Assembly: GCA_963750495.1 (NCBI GenBank)
Contig: CAVVQV010000017.1
Span: 71,327 to 135,326 of the forward strand
From: an uncultured Actinomycetota bacterium
Lineage (GTDB): Bacteria > Actinomycetota > Actinomycetes > Propionibacteriales > Nocardioidaceae
DNA: 64,000 nt
Reading direction: 5' to 3'
In this document: positions 27,233-36,569 of the stretch, piece by piece
Layout of the letters: every line of letters starts with the position of its first letter
Position numbering within the stretch: the stretch's first letter is position 1
Notes under the pieces: model-generated
Told to the model about the DNA's origin: nothing
Database searches by the model: none
Seen by the model: the letters and a program-made list of their open reading frames with translations, nothing else
Made by a program: the position numbers and the translations under genes

Positions 27233-28900
27233 ATGACCCGTCCCGCACGCAAGTCCCTGCGTCGCCGGGCCCTGCTCTTCACGGTCCTGGTGGCAGGCCT
27301 GGTGCTCGGACCGGCGTACGCCGCAAGCGCCCACCCGCTCGGGAACTTCACGATCAACCATTTCAACGGCCTCCGTGTCACCGAGACGGCCATCACCGAC
27401 AACGCGGTGATCGACTCGGCTGAGCTCCCCACCATCTCCGACCGCGACACGGTGGACTCCGACGGCGACGGCACCATCACCACGGCCGAGCGAGCGGCGT
27501 ACGCCGTCGACCGCTGCGGCACCTTCGCGAACCAGGTCGTCCTGACGGTCGGGGGAGCCGTGACACCGTGGACCGTGACCCGGACGAGTTACACGTATCA
27601 GCCGGGCGCCGCCGGCCTCGAGACCGGCCGGCTCGAGTGCGGACTGGAGGCGAGCGTCGACCTGACGTCGCCGGCCCGCATCACGTTCGACGACCGGTAC
27701 CTGAGCCAGCGGATCGGCTGGCGGGAGATCACCGCGGTCGGGCAGGGCGTCAACCTCGGCGAACGGGACGTGGCCACGCAGAGCATCTCCGACGAGCTCC
27801 GTGCCTACCCGAACAACCTGCTCACCTCACCACTCGACCAGCGGTCGGTGACGTTCGATGCCAAGCCCGGTGCCGACTCCGGTGGGTCACCACTGCCGAC
27901 CGTGTCCGGCGCCGGACCGTTCTCGTCCATGCTCGCCGGCGTCACGACGCACCTGGACAGTCTCGTGGGCGGCGAGCACCTCACGCTCGGGGTGGGGTTG
28001 CTCGCGGTGCTCCTGTCCTTGCTGCTCGGCGCTTCCCACGCGGCATTGCCGGGGCACGGCAAGACCCTGATGGCCGCGTACATGGTCGGTACCCGGGGCA
28101 CTCCTCGCGACGCCGTGCTCATCGGCGCCACGGTCACCCTGGCGCACACGTCGGGCGTCCTCGTGCTGGGGCTGTTGTTCAACGCGTCCGCGTCGTTCGC
28201 CGGTGAGACCGTCCTTGCCGTGCTCGGCATCATCAGCGGACTGCTCGTGGCCGCCATCGGTGTCACGTTGGTGCGCGGCGCCTGGCGACGGCACCGGGTC
28301 AGCAGTGTCGACGAGCTGTGGGGTCACGGCCACGGCCACGGCCACGGCCACGGTCACGGCCACGGCCACGGTCACGGCCATGAGCAGGGGCACCCGGCCG
28401 CATCGGGACCCGACGATCGCCCGTCCGCCACCGGCGACGCCACCGAGCAGAGCTCCTCGGACACGCTCGTGCTGACGTCAGCGCCCGTCGGTGGGCCTGG
28501 TCCCGACCACGCGCATGACCACTCCCACGACCACGCCCGCGACCACGCCCACGCGAAGGGCGAGCAGGGGTTCCGCCGGATGACGCTGGTCGGCATGGGA
28601 CTGGCCGGCGGGCTGGTGCCGAGCCCTTCCGCGCTGATCGTGTTGCTCGGTGCGATCGCCCTTGGCCGGACAGTCTTCGGCATCGGTCTGGTGCTGGCCT
28701 ACGGCATCGGGATGGCCGCGACCCTCACCACGATCGGCTACCTGTTCGCCAAGCTGCCCGGTCGGTTGTCCCGGCTGCGGCGGTTCTCCACCCACCGCTG
28801 GCTGACCCGCCTCGCCACGGCCGGGCCGGTGCTCACGGCCGGCCTGGTTCTCGTCGTGGGCCTGGCACTGGCCTGGCGCAGCGCGAGCCCACTGGTCTGA
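27233..28900 (+). CDS. NicO/RcnA-type metal permease fused to an N-terminal extracytoplasmic domain
   Basis: Signal peptide ending AYAASA|HPLGNFTINHF. EF-hand-like loop DSDGDGTITTAE. NicO signature LLGASHAALPGHGKTLMAAYMVG. His-rich loop (GH)10...DHAHDHSHDHARDHAH. ATG 27233 lies 1 nt after the TPR stop. The ORF-track start at 26837 overlaps the TPR gene. Confidence 0.85.
   Translation: MTRPARKSLRRRALLFTVLVAGLVLGPAYAASAHPLGNFTINHFNGLRVTETAITDNAVIDSAELPTISDRDTVDSDGDGTITTAERAAYAVDRCGTFANQVVLTVGGAVTPWTVTRTSYTYQPGAAGLETGRLECGLEASVDLTSPARITFDDRYLSQRIGWREITAVGQGVNLGERDVATQSISDELRAYPNNLLTSPLDQRSVTFDAKPGADSGGSPLPTVSGAGPFSSMLAGVTTHLDSLVGGEHLTLGVGLLAVLLSLLLGASHAALPGHGKTLMAAYMVGTRGTPRDAVLIGATVTLAHTSGVLVLGLLFNASASFAGETVLAVLGIISGLLVAAIGVTLVRGAWRRHRVSSVDELWGHGHGHGHGHGHGHGHGHGHEQGHPAASGPDDRPSATGDATEQSSSDTLVLTSAPVGGPGPDHAHDHSHDHARDHAHAKGEQGFRRMTLVGMGLAGGLVPSPSALIVLLGAIALGRTVFGIGLVLAYGIGMAATLTTIGYLFAKLPGRLSRLRRFSTHRWLTRLATAGPVLTAGLVLVVGLALAWRSASPLV
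28322..28381 (+). repeat. in-frame GGYCAC microsatellite encoding (Gly-His)10
   Basis: GGT CAC (GGC CAC)4 GGT CAC (GGC CAC)2 GGT CAC GGC CAT inside the NicO cytoplasmic loop. Confidence 0.95.
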
Positions 28901-28994
28901 CCCGGCTGACCTCCGCACCACCGCAGATGCCCTCGGGTCGAGGGGTTGGCAGGATGGGGTGGACCCTGGGATTCCGGGCCGGAGGAGGCGCATC

Positions 28995-30881
28995 ATGAGC
29001 AGCTACCGCGCGACGTACGACGCCAGCGTGCAGGATCCGGAGACGTTCTGGCGCGAGTGCGCCGGGCTCGTCGACTGGTTCAGCAAGCCGTCGGAGATCC
29101 TCGACCGCTCCCGTCCACCCTTCTATCGCTGGTACACCGGTGGGCGCCTCAACACCTGCTACAACGCGCTCGACCGGCACGTCATCAAGGGACGCGGTGA
29201 CCAGACGGCGCTGATCTACGACAGCGCAGTGACCGGGCAGGTGAAGCGGTTCACGTACGCCGAGCTGCTGGAGGAGGTCGCCGCCTTCGCGGGTGGGCTG
29301 GCCGGTCTCGGGGTCACGCCGGGCGATCGCGTGGTCATCTACATGCCGATGATCCCCGAGGCCGTGGTCGCGATGCTGGCCTGCGCCCGGCTCGGGGCGG
29401 TGCACTCGGTGGTGTTCGGCGGCTTCGCCGCAGCCGAGCTCGCGCTTCGCATCGACGACGCTCGGCCCACCGTGGTGGTGTCGGCCTCGTGCGGCATCGA
29501 ACCCGCGCGGACCGTGGCCTACAAGCCGCTGCTGGATGCGGCTCTCGACCTCGCCACCCACCGGCCGGCCGCGGTCGTGGTGAAACAACGTCCCGAGCTC
29601 GAGGCCGACCTCGATCCGCCGCGGGACCTCGACTATGCCGTGGTGCTGAAGGCCGGCCGCGACGACCCGGCTCCGTGCGCGGACGTGGCCGCGACCGATC
29701 CGCTCTACATCCTCTACACCTCCGGAACCACCGGAAAGCCCAAGGGGATCGTGCGCGACAACGGTGGCCACGCGGTCGCCCTCGCCTGGTCGATGCACAA
29801 CATCTACGACGTGTCAGCAGGCCAGGTGTGGTGGACGGCGTCGGATGTCGGCTGGGTGGTCGGACACTCCTACATCGTGTACGCGCCGTTGATCGTCGGC
29901 GCCACCACCGTCCTGTTCGAGGGGAAACCGGTGGGTACGCCGGATGCCGGGACGTTCTGGCGGGTCGTCGAGGACCACGGGGTCCAGGGGTTGTTCACAG
30001 CGCCGACGGCCATCCGGGCCATCAAGAAGGACGACCCCGAGGGCGAACACGTACGCCGCCACGACGTCTCCACGCTGCGGCACCTCTTCCTGGCCGGCGA
30101 GCGGCTCGACCCCGAGACCTACCACTGGGCGTCGGACCAGCTCGGCATCCCGGTGGTGGACCACTGGTGGCAGACCGAGACGGGTTGGCCGATCGTGGCG
30201 AACCTACGTGGATTGGAGCCGATGGAGATCAAGCCGGGGTCGCCGACGGTCCCGGTCCCGGGTTACGACGTCGTGGTGCTCGACGAGAAAGGGGAGGAGG
30301 TGGCTCCCGGCACCGAAGGCGCCATCTGCATCCGCTTGCCGCTTCCCCCCGGCAATCTGCCGACGCTGTGGCACGACGATGACAGGTTCGTCTCCTCCTA
30401 CCTCAGCGCCTTCGACGGCTACTACCTCTCCGGTGACGGTGGGTTTGTCGACGACGACGGCTACGTGTTCGTGATGGGACGCACCGACGACGTGATCAAC
30501 GTGGCCGGACACCGCCTCTCGACGGGGTCGATGGAGGCGGTCCTCGCCGCACATCCGGACGTGGCCGAGTGTGCGGTCATCGGCACCGCGGACGCCCTGA
30601 AGGGTCAGCTGCCACGGGGATTCGTGGTGCTCAAAGCGGGACACGAGGTCGATGAGGCCACCTTGGCTGCCGAGCTCATCGCTGCCGTCCGCGCCCAGAT
30701 CGGCCCGGTGGCGGCGTTCAAGGACGTGAGCGTCGTACCGGCGCTGCCGAAGACGAGGTCGGGCAAGATCCTGCGCAAGACGATGCGTCAGATCGCCGAC
30801 GGAGACGATCCGGCCGTCCCATCCACGATCGAGGATCCAGCGGTCCTGGACGCGATGAAGCCGAGTCTGCTCCGGGGTTGA
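28995..30881 (+). CDS. prpE: propionate--CoA ligase (acyl-CoA synthetase, AMP-forming)
   Basis: YRATYDASVQDPETFW N-terminus, AMP-binding signature YTSGTTGKPKG, and C-terminal TRSGKILRKTMR. ATG 28995 follows GGAGGAGG. Acetate versus propionate specificity is an inference. Confidence 0.85.
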   Translation: MSSYRATYDASVQDPETFWRECAGLVDWFSKPSEILDRSRPPFYRWYTGGRLNTCYNALDRHVIKGRGDQTALIYDSAVTGQVKRFTYAELLEEVAAFAGGLAGLGVTPGDRVVIYMPMIPEAVVAMLACARLGAVHSVVFGGFAAAELALRIDDARPTVVVSASCGIEPARTVAYKPLLDAALDLATHRPAAVVVKQRPELEADLDPPRDLDYAVVLKAGRDDPAPCADVAATDPLYILYTSGTTGKPKGIVRDNGGHAVALAWSMHNIYDVSAGQVWWTASDVGWVVGHSYIVYAPLIVGATTVLFEGKPVGTPDAGTFWRVVEDHGVQGLFTAPTAIRAIKKDDPEGEHVRRHDVSTLRHLFLAGERLDPETYHWASDQLGIPVVDHWWQTETGWPIVANLRGLEPMEIKPGSPTVPVPGYDVVVLDEKGEEVAPGTEGAICIRLPLPPGNLPTLWHDDDRFVSSYLSAFDGYYLSGDGGFVDDDGYVFVMGRTDDVINVAGHRLSTGSMEAVLAAHPDVAECAVIGTADALKGQLPRGFVVLKAGHEVDEATLAAELIAAVRAQIGPVAAFKDVSVVPALPKTRSGKILRKTMRQIADGDDPAVPSTIEDPAVLDAMKPSLLRG

Positions 30882-30971
30882 CGCCGATCGGGTCCGATAG
30901 CCCGATGGCGGGGGTGTCCAGAGGGCGTCTGAGCTATTGCCCGCGTGTCCGGACTCTGCTCAGATGGCGGT

Positions 30972-31976
30972 ATGAAGAAGCTCATCAATGACCCCGCCGA
31001 CGTCGTCAAGGACGCGCTGCTCGGCATCGAAGCCGCTCACGGTGACCGGGTACGTGTCGATCACACGAACAAGATCATCTATCGCAAGGACGCACCGCGA
31101 AAGGGAAAGGTCGGCCTCATCTCTGGCGGTGGGTCCGGACATGAGCCCATGCACGGAGGGTTCGTCGGCGCCGGCATGCTGGACGCCGCGTGCGCCGGCG
31201 AGGTGTTCACGTCGCCCGTGCCCGACCAGATGATGGAAGCGACCAAGGGCGTCGACGGCGGCGCCGGCGTCCTCCACATCGTCAAGAACTACACCGGCGA
31301 CGTGATGAACTTCGAGATGGCTGCCGAGATGGCCGAGGCCGACGCCGGCACGGAGGTCAAGGCAGTCGTCACCGACGACGACGTCGCCGTCCAGGACAGC
31401 CTCTACACCGCCGGCCGCAGGGGAGTCGGCGTGACGGTCCTGCTCGAGAAGCTCGTCGGCGCAGCCGCTGAAGAAGGCCGCTCTCTGTCCGAGGTCGCCG
31501 ACCTGGCCAAGAAGATCAACGACAGTGGACGCAGCATGGGGATGGCGTTGACGTCCTGCACGGTGCCGGCCGCAGGCAAGCCGACCTTCGACCTGGCCGA
31601 CGACGAGATGGAGGTCGGGATCGGCATCCACGGTGAGCCCGGGCGACGGCGCCTACCTCTCGCACCCGCGAAGGACGTCGCGGCGCTGCTCGTCGACCCG
31701 ATCCTCGGCGACCTTCCTTACGGGCAGGGCGACTCCGTGATCGCGTTCGTCAACGGCATGGGCGGCACGCCGCTCATCGAGCTGTACATCATGTTCAACG
31801 AGGTCAACGAGCTGCTCAGCAAGGCCGGTATCACGGTTGCTCGGTCGCTCGTGGGCGACTACATCACCTCCCTGGAGATGGCCGGTTGCTCGGTCACCCT
31901 GCTCAAGGTCGACGACGAGCTCGTTCGGCTCTGGGACGCGCCGGTCAACACGCCCGGTCTCCGCTGGGGCGCGTGA
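30972..31976 (+). CDS. dhaK: dihydroxyacetone kinase subunit DhaK
   Basis: [12 protein letters not shown] and [15 protein letters not shown] motifs. Confidence 0.93.
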   Translation: MKKLINDPADVVKDALLGIEAAHGDRVRVDHTNKIIYRKDAPRKGKVGLISGGGSGHEPMHGGFVGAGMLDAACAGEVFTSPVPDQMMEATKGVDGGAGVLHIVKNYTGDVMNFEMAAEMAEADAGTEVKAVVTDDDVAVQDSLYTAGRRGVGVTVLLEKLVGAAAEEGRSLSEVADLAKKINDSGRSMGMALTSCTVPAAGKPTFDLADDEMEVGIGIHGEPGRRRLPLAPAKDVAALLVDPILGDLPYGQGDSVIAFVNGMGGTPLIELYIMFNEVNELLSKAGITVARSLVGDYITSLEMAGCSVTLLKVDDELVRLWDAPVNTPGLRWGA

Positions 31977-31978
31977 GC

Positions 31979-32608
31979 ATGGGGTTGTCCGTTGACGACC
32001 TGAGCTCCTGGGTCAAGGCGTTCGCCGACGTCGTGCACGAGAACGCGGGGATGTTGACCGACCTCGATGCGGCCATCGGTGACGCCGACCACGGAAGCAA
32101 CATGGATCGCGGGATGAAGGCCGCAGCCGCGGCGCTCGACGAGGGGACGTTCGAGACGGCCGACGCGTTGCTCAAGAAGGTCGGGATGACCTTGGTGAGC
32201 ACCGTCGGCGGCGCGAGCGGTCCGTTGTACGGGACGTTCTTCCTGCGTTGCGGGACCGCGCTCGCCGGGGTCGACGACATCGATGCCGCGGCTTTCGGCG
32301 CTGCGTTACGCGCCGGTGTCGAAGGCCTCGTGGCCCGTGGCAAACCGGAGCTCGGAGACAAGACGATGTATGACGCCTGGGCTCCGGCGCTCGAGGCGTA
32401 CGACGCGGCGGTGGCTGCCGGGTCGCCGTTGGCCGATGCCTTGCGAGCCGCAGCCGACGCGGCTGCCAAGGGGCGCGACGAGACGATCCCCATGGTCGCC
32501 CGCAAGGGACGTGCGAGCTATCTGGGGGAGCGGAGCGCGGGCCACCAGGACCCCGGGGCGACGAGCACCACCCTGCTCGTGGAGGCGGCAGCAAGCGCGC
32601 TGTCGTGA
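31979..32608 (+). CDS. dhaL: dihydroxyacetone kinase subunit DhaL
   Basis: LTDLDAAIGDADHGSNM and GGASGPLYGTFF. ATG lies 2 nt after the dhaK stop. Confidence 0.93.
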   Translation: MGLSVDDLSSWVKAFADVVHENAGMLTDLDAAIGDADHGSNMDRGMKAAAAALDEGTFETADALLKKVGMTLVSTVGGASGPLYGTFFLRCGTALAGVDDIDAAAFGAALRAGVEGLVARGKPELGDKTMYDAWAPALEAYDAAVAAGSPLADALRAAADAAAKGRDETIPMVARKGRASYLGERSAGHQDPGATSTTLLVEAAASALS

Positions 32609-32615
32609 GGCGGCC

Positions 32616-35048
32616 ATGATCGGCATCGTCGTGGTCTCGCACAGCCGAGCCCTCGCCGATGCAGCCGTCGGGCTCGCTCGCGAGATGGTCGACGCCGAGA
32701 CTGCACCGGCGATCGTCGTGGCGGCCGGCCTGGACGAGACGACGTTCGGTACCGACGCGACTGCGGTGTCGGCCGCGATCGAGCAGGTGGATTCACCCGA
32801 CGGTGTCCTCGTGCTGCTCGACCTCGGCAGTGCTGTCCTCAGTGGCGAGATGGCCCTGGAGTTCCTCGACCCGGACCTGGCCGGTCGCGTCCGGCTGTCC
32901 AGCGCTCCACTGGTCGAAGGTCTCGTCGCCGCCGTGGTGCTGGCGTCCACCGGTGCCGAGCTCGACGCCGTGGTGGCTGAGGCCGAGTCGGGGTTGTTGG
33001 CGAAGCAGTCCCACCTCGGCTCCGGCGGCGAGGCCGCCGCGCCGTCGGCAGCCGGGAGTGAGTCTGCGCGCCCGGACGCCACCACCGAGGTCACTGTGTC
33101 CAACCCGCACGGCCTCCATGCCCGCCCGGCTGCCAAGGTCGTCACACTCGTCCGCAGTTTCGACGCGACCGTGACACTGCGCAACCTGGACACCGGGAAA
33201 GGGCCGGTCCCTGCGGGCAGCCTGAGTGCGGTGGCCACGCTGGACGCCCGCCTGGGGCATCGGCTCGAGGTGTCGGCCTCGGGGGCACAGGCCGCTGATG
33301 CGCTGCGCGCCTTCGAGGAGCTGGCGGAGCGGGACTTCGACGACGTACCGGTGCCACCCTCGTCGCCGTCAAAGGTTGACGGCCCGGCGGCGGGGAGTGG
33401 TCTCGATCTGGCGATGGGGCCTGCTCTGGTCCTGAGCGCGACGGTCGACATATCCGCCTACGAGGCGGGGGACGGTCAGGCTGAGCTCGCCCGCTCGGCC
33501 CAGGCGGTCGATGCGGTCCGGGCTCGTCTCGAGGAGCTGCAACGGCGCACGGCCGAGACGTCCGGACCCGAGGCAGCCGACATCTTCGTCGCCCAGACGG
33601 CCCTGCTCGACGACCCCGAGATCACCGCGCCGGTCGACGACGCGATCGCGGCGGGAACACCGGCGCCGCAGGCCTGGCGTGACCGGCTGGACGCCGTGGC
33701 AGCACAGTTCGAAGGCCTCGCCGACGCCTACCAGCGCGAACGCGCGGCAGACGTGCGCAGCGTGCAGGCGAGTGTGCTGCGGGCGCTGACCGGTGAGGCG
33801 GAGACCGAGCTCGACACCGGTGGCGAGCCCGTGATCCTTGTCGTGGACGAGCTCGACGCTGCCACGGCCGCCTCGATCGACGCCGACGCCGTGGCAGGAG
33901 TGGTGACGATCGCGCGTGGTACCACGGGGCACGGCGTCATCGTGGCCTCCTCGCGCGGTATCCCGCTGATGACCGGTGCCGGTGCGGATGCCGCCGGGGT
34001 CCGTACCGGACAGCTGGTTTCCTTCGACGCTCGCAGCCACAGCTTCGTTGCCGACGTGAGTGCGGAGGAGCGGCGACGTTTCCCTGATCTCGTGGCCGAG
34101 CGGCGGCGCGAGCGAGAGCAGGTCGTGCAGGCGGCCCAGACGCCGGCGGTGACCCGCGACGGGACTGCGATCCCGGTGTTCGCGAACCTCGCCTCGGTCG
34201 CCGACGCGGACAGCGCGAGCGCCAACGGGGCCGAGGGCTCGGGCCTGGTCCGAACCGAGGTCCTGTTCGGTGACCGTTCGGTGGCACCGACGGTCGAGGA
34301 GCAGGTGGAGATGTTCCTGGCTCTGGCGAAGTCGTTGGGTGGCGCGCCGTTGACGATCCGGACGTGGGACATCGGCGGCGACAAGCCGCTGCCGTTCCTC
34401 GCCCAGGCTGCTGAGGCCAACCCGTTCCTGGGCGAGCGCGGGCTGCGGGTGTTCCGACGTCGGCCGGACTTGTTGCGGGACCAGCTCATCGCGATCTGGC
34501 AGGCCGCGCGTCAGACGCCGCTGCGGGTCATGTTCCCGATGGTCACCGAGCCGGCCGAGGTGGCGTTCGCGCGGGACCTGCTCGCGGCCGCTCGAGGAGA
34601 CGTCACCGGAGTCGACCTCTCGGTCGGCATCATGGTCGAGGTACCCGCTGCCGCCCTGACGGTGGAGTCCCTGGCCGCCGACCTCGACTTCGTCAGCATC
34701 GGGACCAACGACCTGACCCAGTACACGATGGCCGTCGACCGCGGCAACGACGCCGTGGCCGACCTCGCCGACCCGATGGGCCCGGCCGTGCTCCGCCTCA
34801 TCGACCGCGTGTGCCGCCGGCGCCCGCCGGGCGTCGAGGTGGCCGTCTGCGGTGACCTGGCGAGTCGCCCAGGCGTCATACCCCTGCTGCTCGGCCTGGG
34901 GGTCGACGAGCTCAGCTGTACGCCGCCCCGGGTGCCGGAGGTCAAGCAGGCGGTCCGGGCCACCGACCTCACCTCGGCCCGGGAGCTGGCGGCCGCCTGC
35001 CTGGCCGCCCCCGATGCCCCCTCCGTCCGCCGCCTCCTGCTTCGTTGA
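32616..35048 (+). CDS. dhaM: DhaM phosphoryl-donor subunit: EIIA(Man)-like + HPr + full-length PTS Enzyme I fusion
   Basis: MIGIVVVSHS (EIIA-Man His). NPHGLHARPAAKVV (HPr His). GTTGHGVIVASSRGIP (EI phospho-His). C-terminal PEP-binding barrel motifs GLVRTEVLF, IRTWDIGGDK, IMVEVPAA, FVSIGTNDLTQY and the catalytic Cys in VAVCGDLAS. Confidence 0.88.
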   Translation: MIGIVVVSHSRALADAAVGLAREMVDAETAPAIVVAAGLDETTFGTDATAVSAAIEQVDSPDGVLVLLDLGSAVLSGEMALEFLDPDLAGRVRLSSAPLVEGLVAAVVLASTGAELDAVVAEAESGLLAKQSHLGSGGEAAAPSAAGSESARPDATTEVTVSNPHGLHARPAAKVVTLVRSFDATVTLRNLDTGKGPVPAGSLSAVATLDARLGHRLEVSASGAQAADALRAFEELAERDFDDVPVPPSSPSKVDGPAAGSGLDLAMGPALVLSATVDISAYEAGDGQAELARSAQAVDAVRARLEELQRRTAETSGPEAADIFVAQTALLDDPEITAPVDDAIAAGTPAPQAWRDRLDAVAAQFEGLADAYQRERAADVRSVQASVLRALTGEAETELDTGGEPVILVVDELDAATAASIDADAVAGVVTIARGTTGHGVIVASSRGIPLMTGAGADAAGVRTGQLVSFDARSHSFVADVSAEERRRFPDLVAERRREREQVVQAAQTPAVTRDGTAIPVFANLASVADADSASANGAEGSGLVRTEVLFGDRSVAPTVEEQVEMFLALAKSLGGAPLTIRTWDIGGDKPLPFLAQAAEANPFLGERGLRVFRRRPDLLRDQLIAIWQAARQTPLRVMFPMVTEPAEVAFARDLLAAARGDVTGVDLSVGIMVEVPAAALTVESLAADLDFVSIGTNDLTQYTMAVDRGNDAVADLADPMGPAVLRLIDRVCRRRPPGVEVAVCGDLASRPGVIPLLLGLGVDELSCTPPRVPEVKQAVRATDLTSARELAAACLAAPDAPSVRRLLLR

Positions 35049-35110
35049 ACCGTGAGTTGTGGTCCTTTGAACCGTGAGTTGTGGTCCCTTGAACCGTGAG
35101 TTGTGGCGCT
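35045..35110 (+). repeat. 22-bp tandem repeat family, locus A (3 units)
   Basis: TTGAACCGTGAGTTGTGGTCCT / ...GTCCC / ...GCGCT, head to tail. The dhaM stop TGA (35046-35048) is inside unit 1. Confidence 0.97.
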
Positions 35111-35180
35111 GGATCGACGGTCAGCGGTCAGCTGCTGTGTCAGTAGCAGCCGGGTGGGCAGGCGGAGGTCCTGCGACGGC

Positions 35181-36566
35181 TCAGTGGCCACCGACGAGTG
35201 GTGACATCACGCGGGCGATGCGCGACGGCCGGCCGGTGCGACCCTCCTCGTAGTCTGCGAGTGACATGGCGCGCAGGCCAGCGTTGACACCGAGCCACCG
35301 CAGCGGCTCGGGCTCCCATCGGCGCGAGTGATGGTCGACCCACGGCAGCTCGACGAGATCGGAAGGCACCTCCCGGATCAGGTCCGCCAAGGTCCTTCCC
35401 GCCAGGTTGGTCGTCGTGACTCCGTCACCCACGTAGCCACCGGCCCAGCCGATGCCGGTCGTCCGGTCCAGACCGACAGACGCCATCCAGTCCCGCGGTA
35501 TGCCGAGGGGGCCACCCCAGGTATGGGAGTACCGCACGTCGCCCAGAGCCGGAAAGAGCTCGGCAAGCGTGGCACGCAGCTCGGCGAACACATGTTCGGC
35601 CCGGTCGTACTCGGGCGACACCGACGAAGCGAAGTGATACGGCGCCCCGCGTCCCCCGAAGACGATGCGGTCGTCGGCCGTGCGCTGGCCGTAGATGATC
35701 AGGTGGCGGTGGTCGGTGAAGGTCGGCGCATCGGCCAGGCCGATCGCGTCCCACGTGGTAGTAGGCAACGGCTCCGTGGCGACCACCAACGAGTAGACCG
35801 GCACCACCTGGCGTCGACGACCGGGAAGACCCGGCGTGTATCCCTCGGTCGCCCGGACGACGTACTCGGCACGGACGTTGCCCCGTACCGTCGTCACCAG
35901 GCTCGGCGCGAGTGCTGTCACTGCGGTCTGCTCGTAGATCACGACGCCGCGTCGCTCAGCTGCGGCGGCGAGACCGCGGACGAGCTTGGCCGGGTGGATC
36001 CGTGCGCAGTGCGGCGTGTACGTCGCACCGAGTGCACCCGCGGCTGCGGCCATGTCGGCGGTCTCACTCGCGGACAGCAGCCGCACGTCATCGACGGTGT
36101 CACCCCAGCCATGCGCCTCGTCGACTTCGTGCCGGGCGCGTTCGAGCTGGGCCTTGGTCCGGGCGAAGGCAACCGTGCCTCCGCGGTGGAAGCCACAGTC
36201 GATGCCCTCCTCGTCGGCGACCCGCTCGATCTCACCGATGCTGGCCCGCATCGCTGCTACCTGGGCGTTGGCAGCCTCGGGAGATGAGCCGGCCAACCGG
36301 GCCAACTTGGAGCGGGAGCTCGGGAACAGCGCGGACGCCCACCCGCCGTTGCGGCCCGAGGCGCCGAAGCCGGCGATGTCCCGCTCGAGCACAGCGATGC
36401 GAACGCTGGGGTCAGCGACCGCCAGGTAGTAGGCGGTCCACAGTCCGGTGAACCCCGCGCCCACGATCGCGACGTCGACATCCAGGTCGGCGTCGAGGGC
36501 GGGGCGGGGGAGGAGTGGGTCCCCGCAGGTGGCATGCCAGAGGGACAGATCGGCGTACGGGGCCAC
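35181..36566 (-). CDS. FAD-dependent oxidoreductase (DadA/PuuB-like amine oxidoreductase)
   Basis: N-terminal dinucleotide fold DVAIVGAGFTGLWTAYYL. The overall DAO-family layout and polyamine-gene context suggest a gamma-glutamylputrescine/amine oxidase type. Confidence 0.8.
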   Translation of the reverse strand: MAPYADLSLWHATCGDPLLPRPALDADLDVDVAIVGAGFTGLWTAYYLAVADPSVRIAVLERDIAGFGASGRNGGWASALFPSSRSKLARLAGSSPEAANAQVAAMRASIGEIERVADEEGIDCGFHRGGTVAFARTKAQLERARHEVDEAHGWGDTVDDVRLLSASETADMAAAAGALGATYTPHCARIHPAKLVRGLAAAAERRGVVIYEQTAVTALAPSLVTTVRGNVRAEYVVRATEGYTPGLPGRRRQVVPVYSLVVATEPLPTTTWDAIGLADAPTFTDHRHLIIYGQRTADDRIVFGGRGAPYHFASSVSPEYDRAEHVFAELRATLAELFPALGDVRYSHTWGGPLGIPRDWMASVGLDRTTGIGWAGGYVGDGVTTTNLAGRTLADLIREVPSDLVELPWVDHHSRRWEPEPLRWLGVNAGLRAMSLADYEEGRTGRPSRIARVMSPLVGGH

Positions 36567-36569
36567 GGC

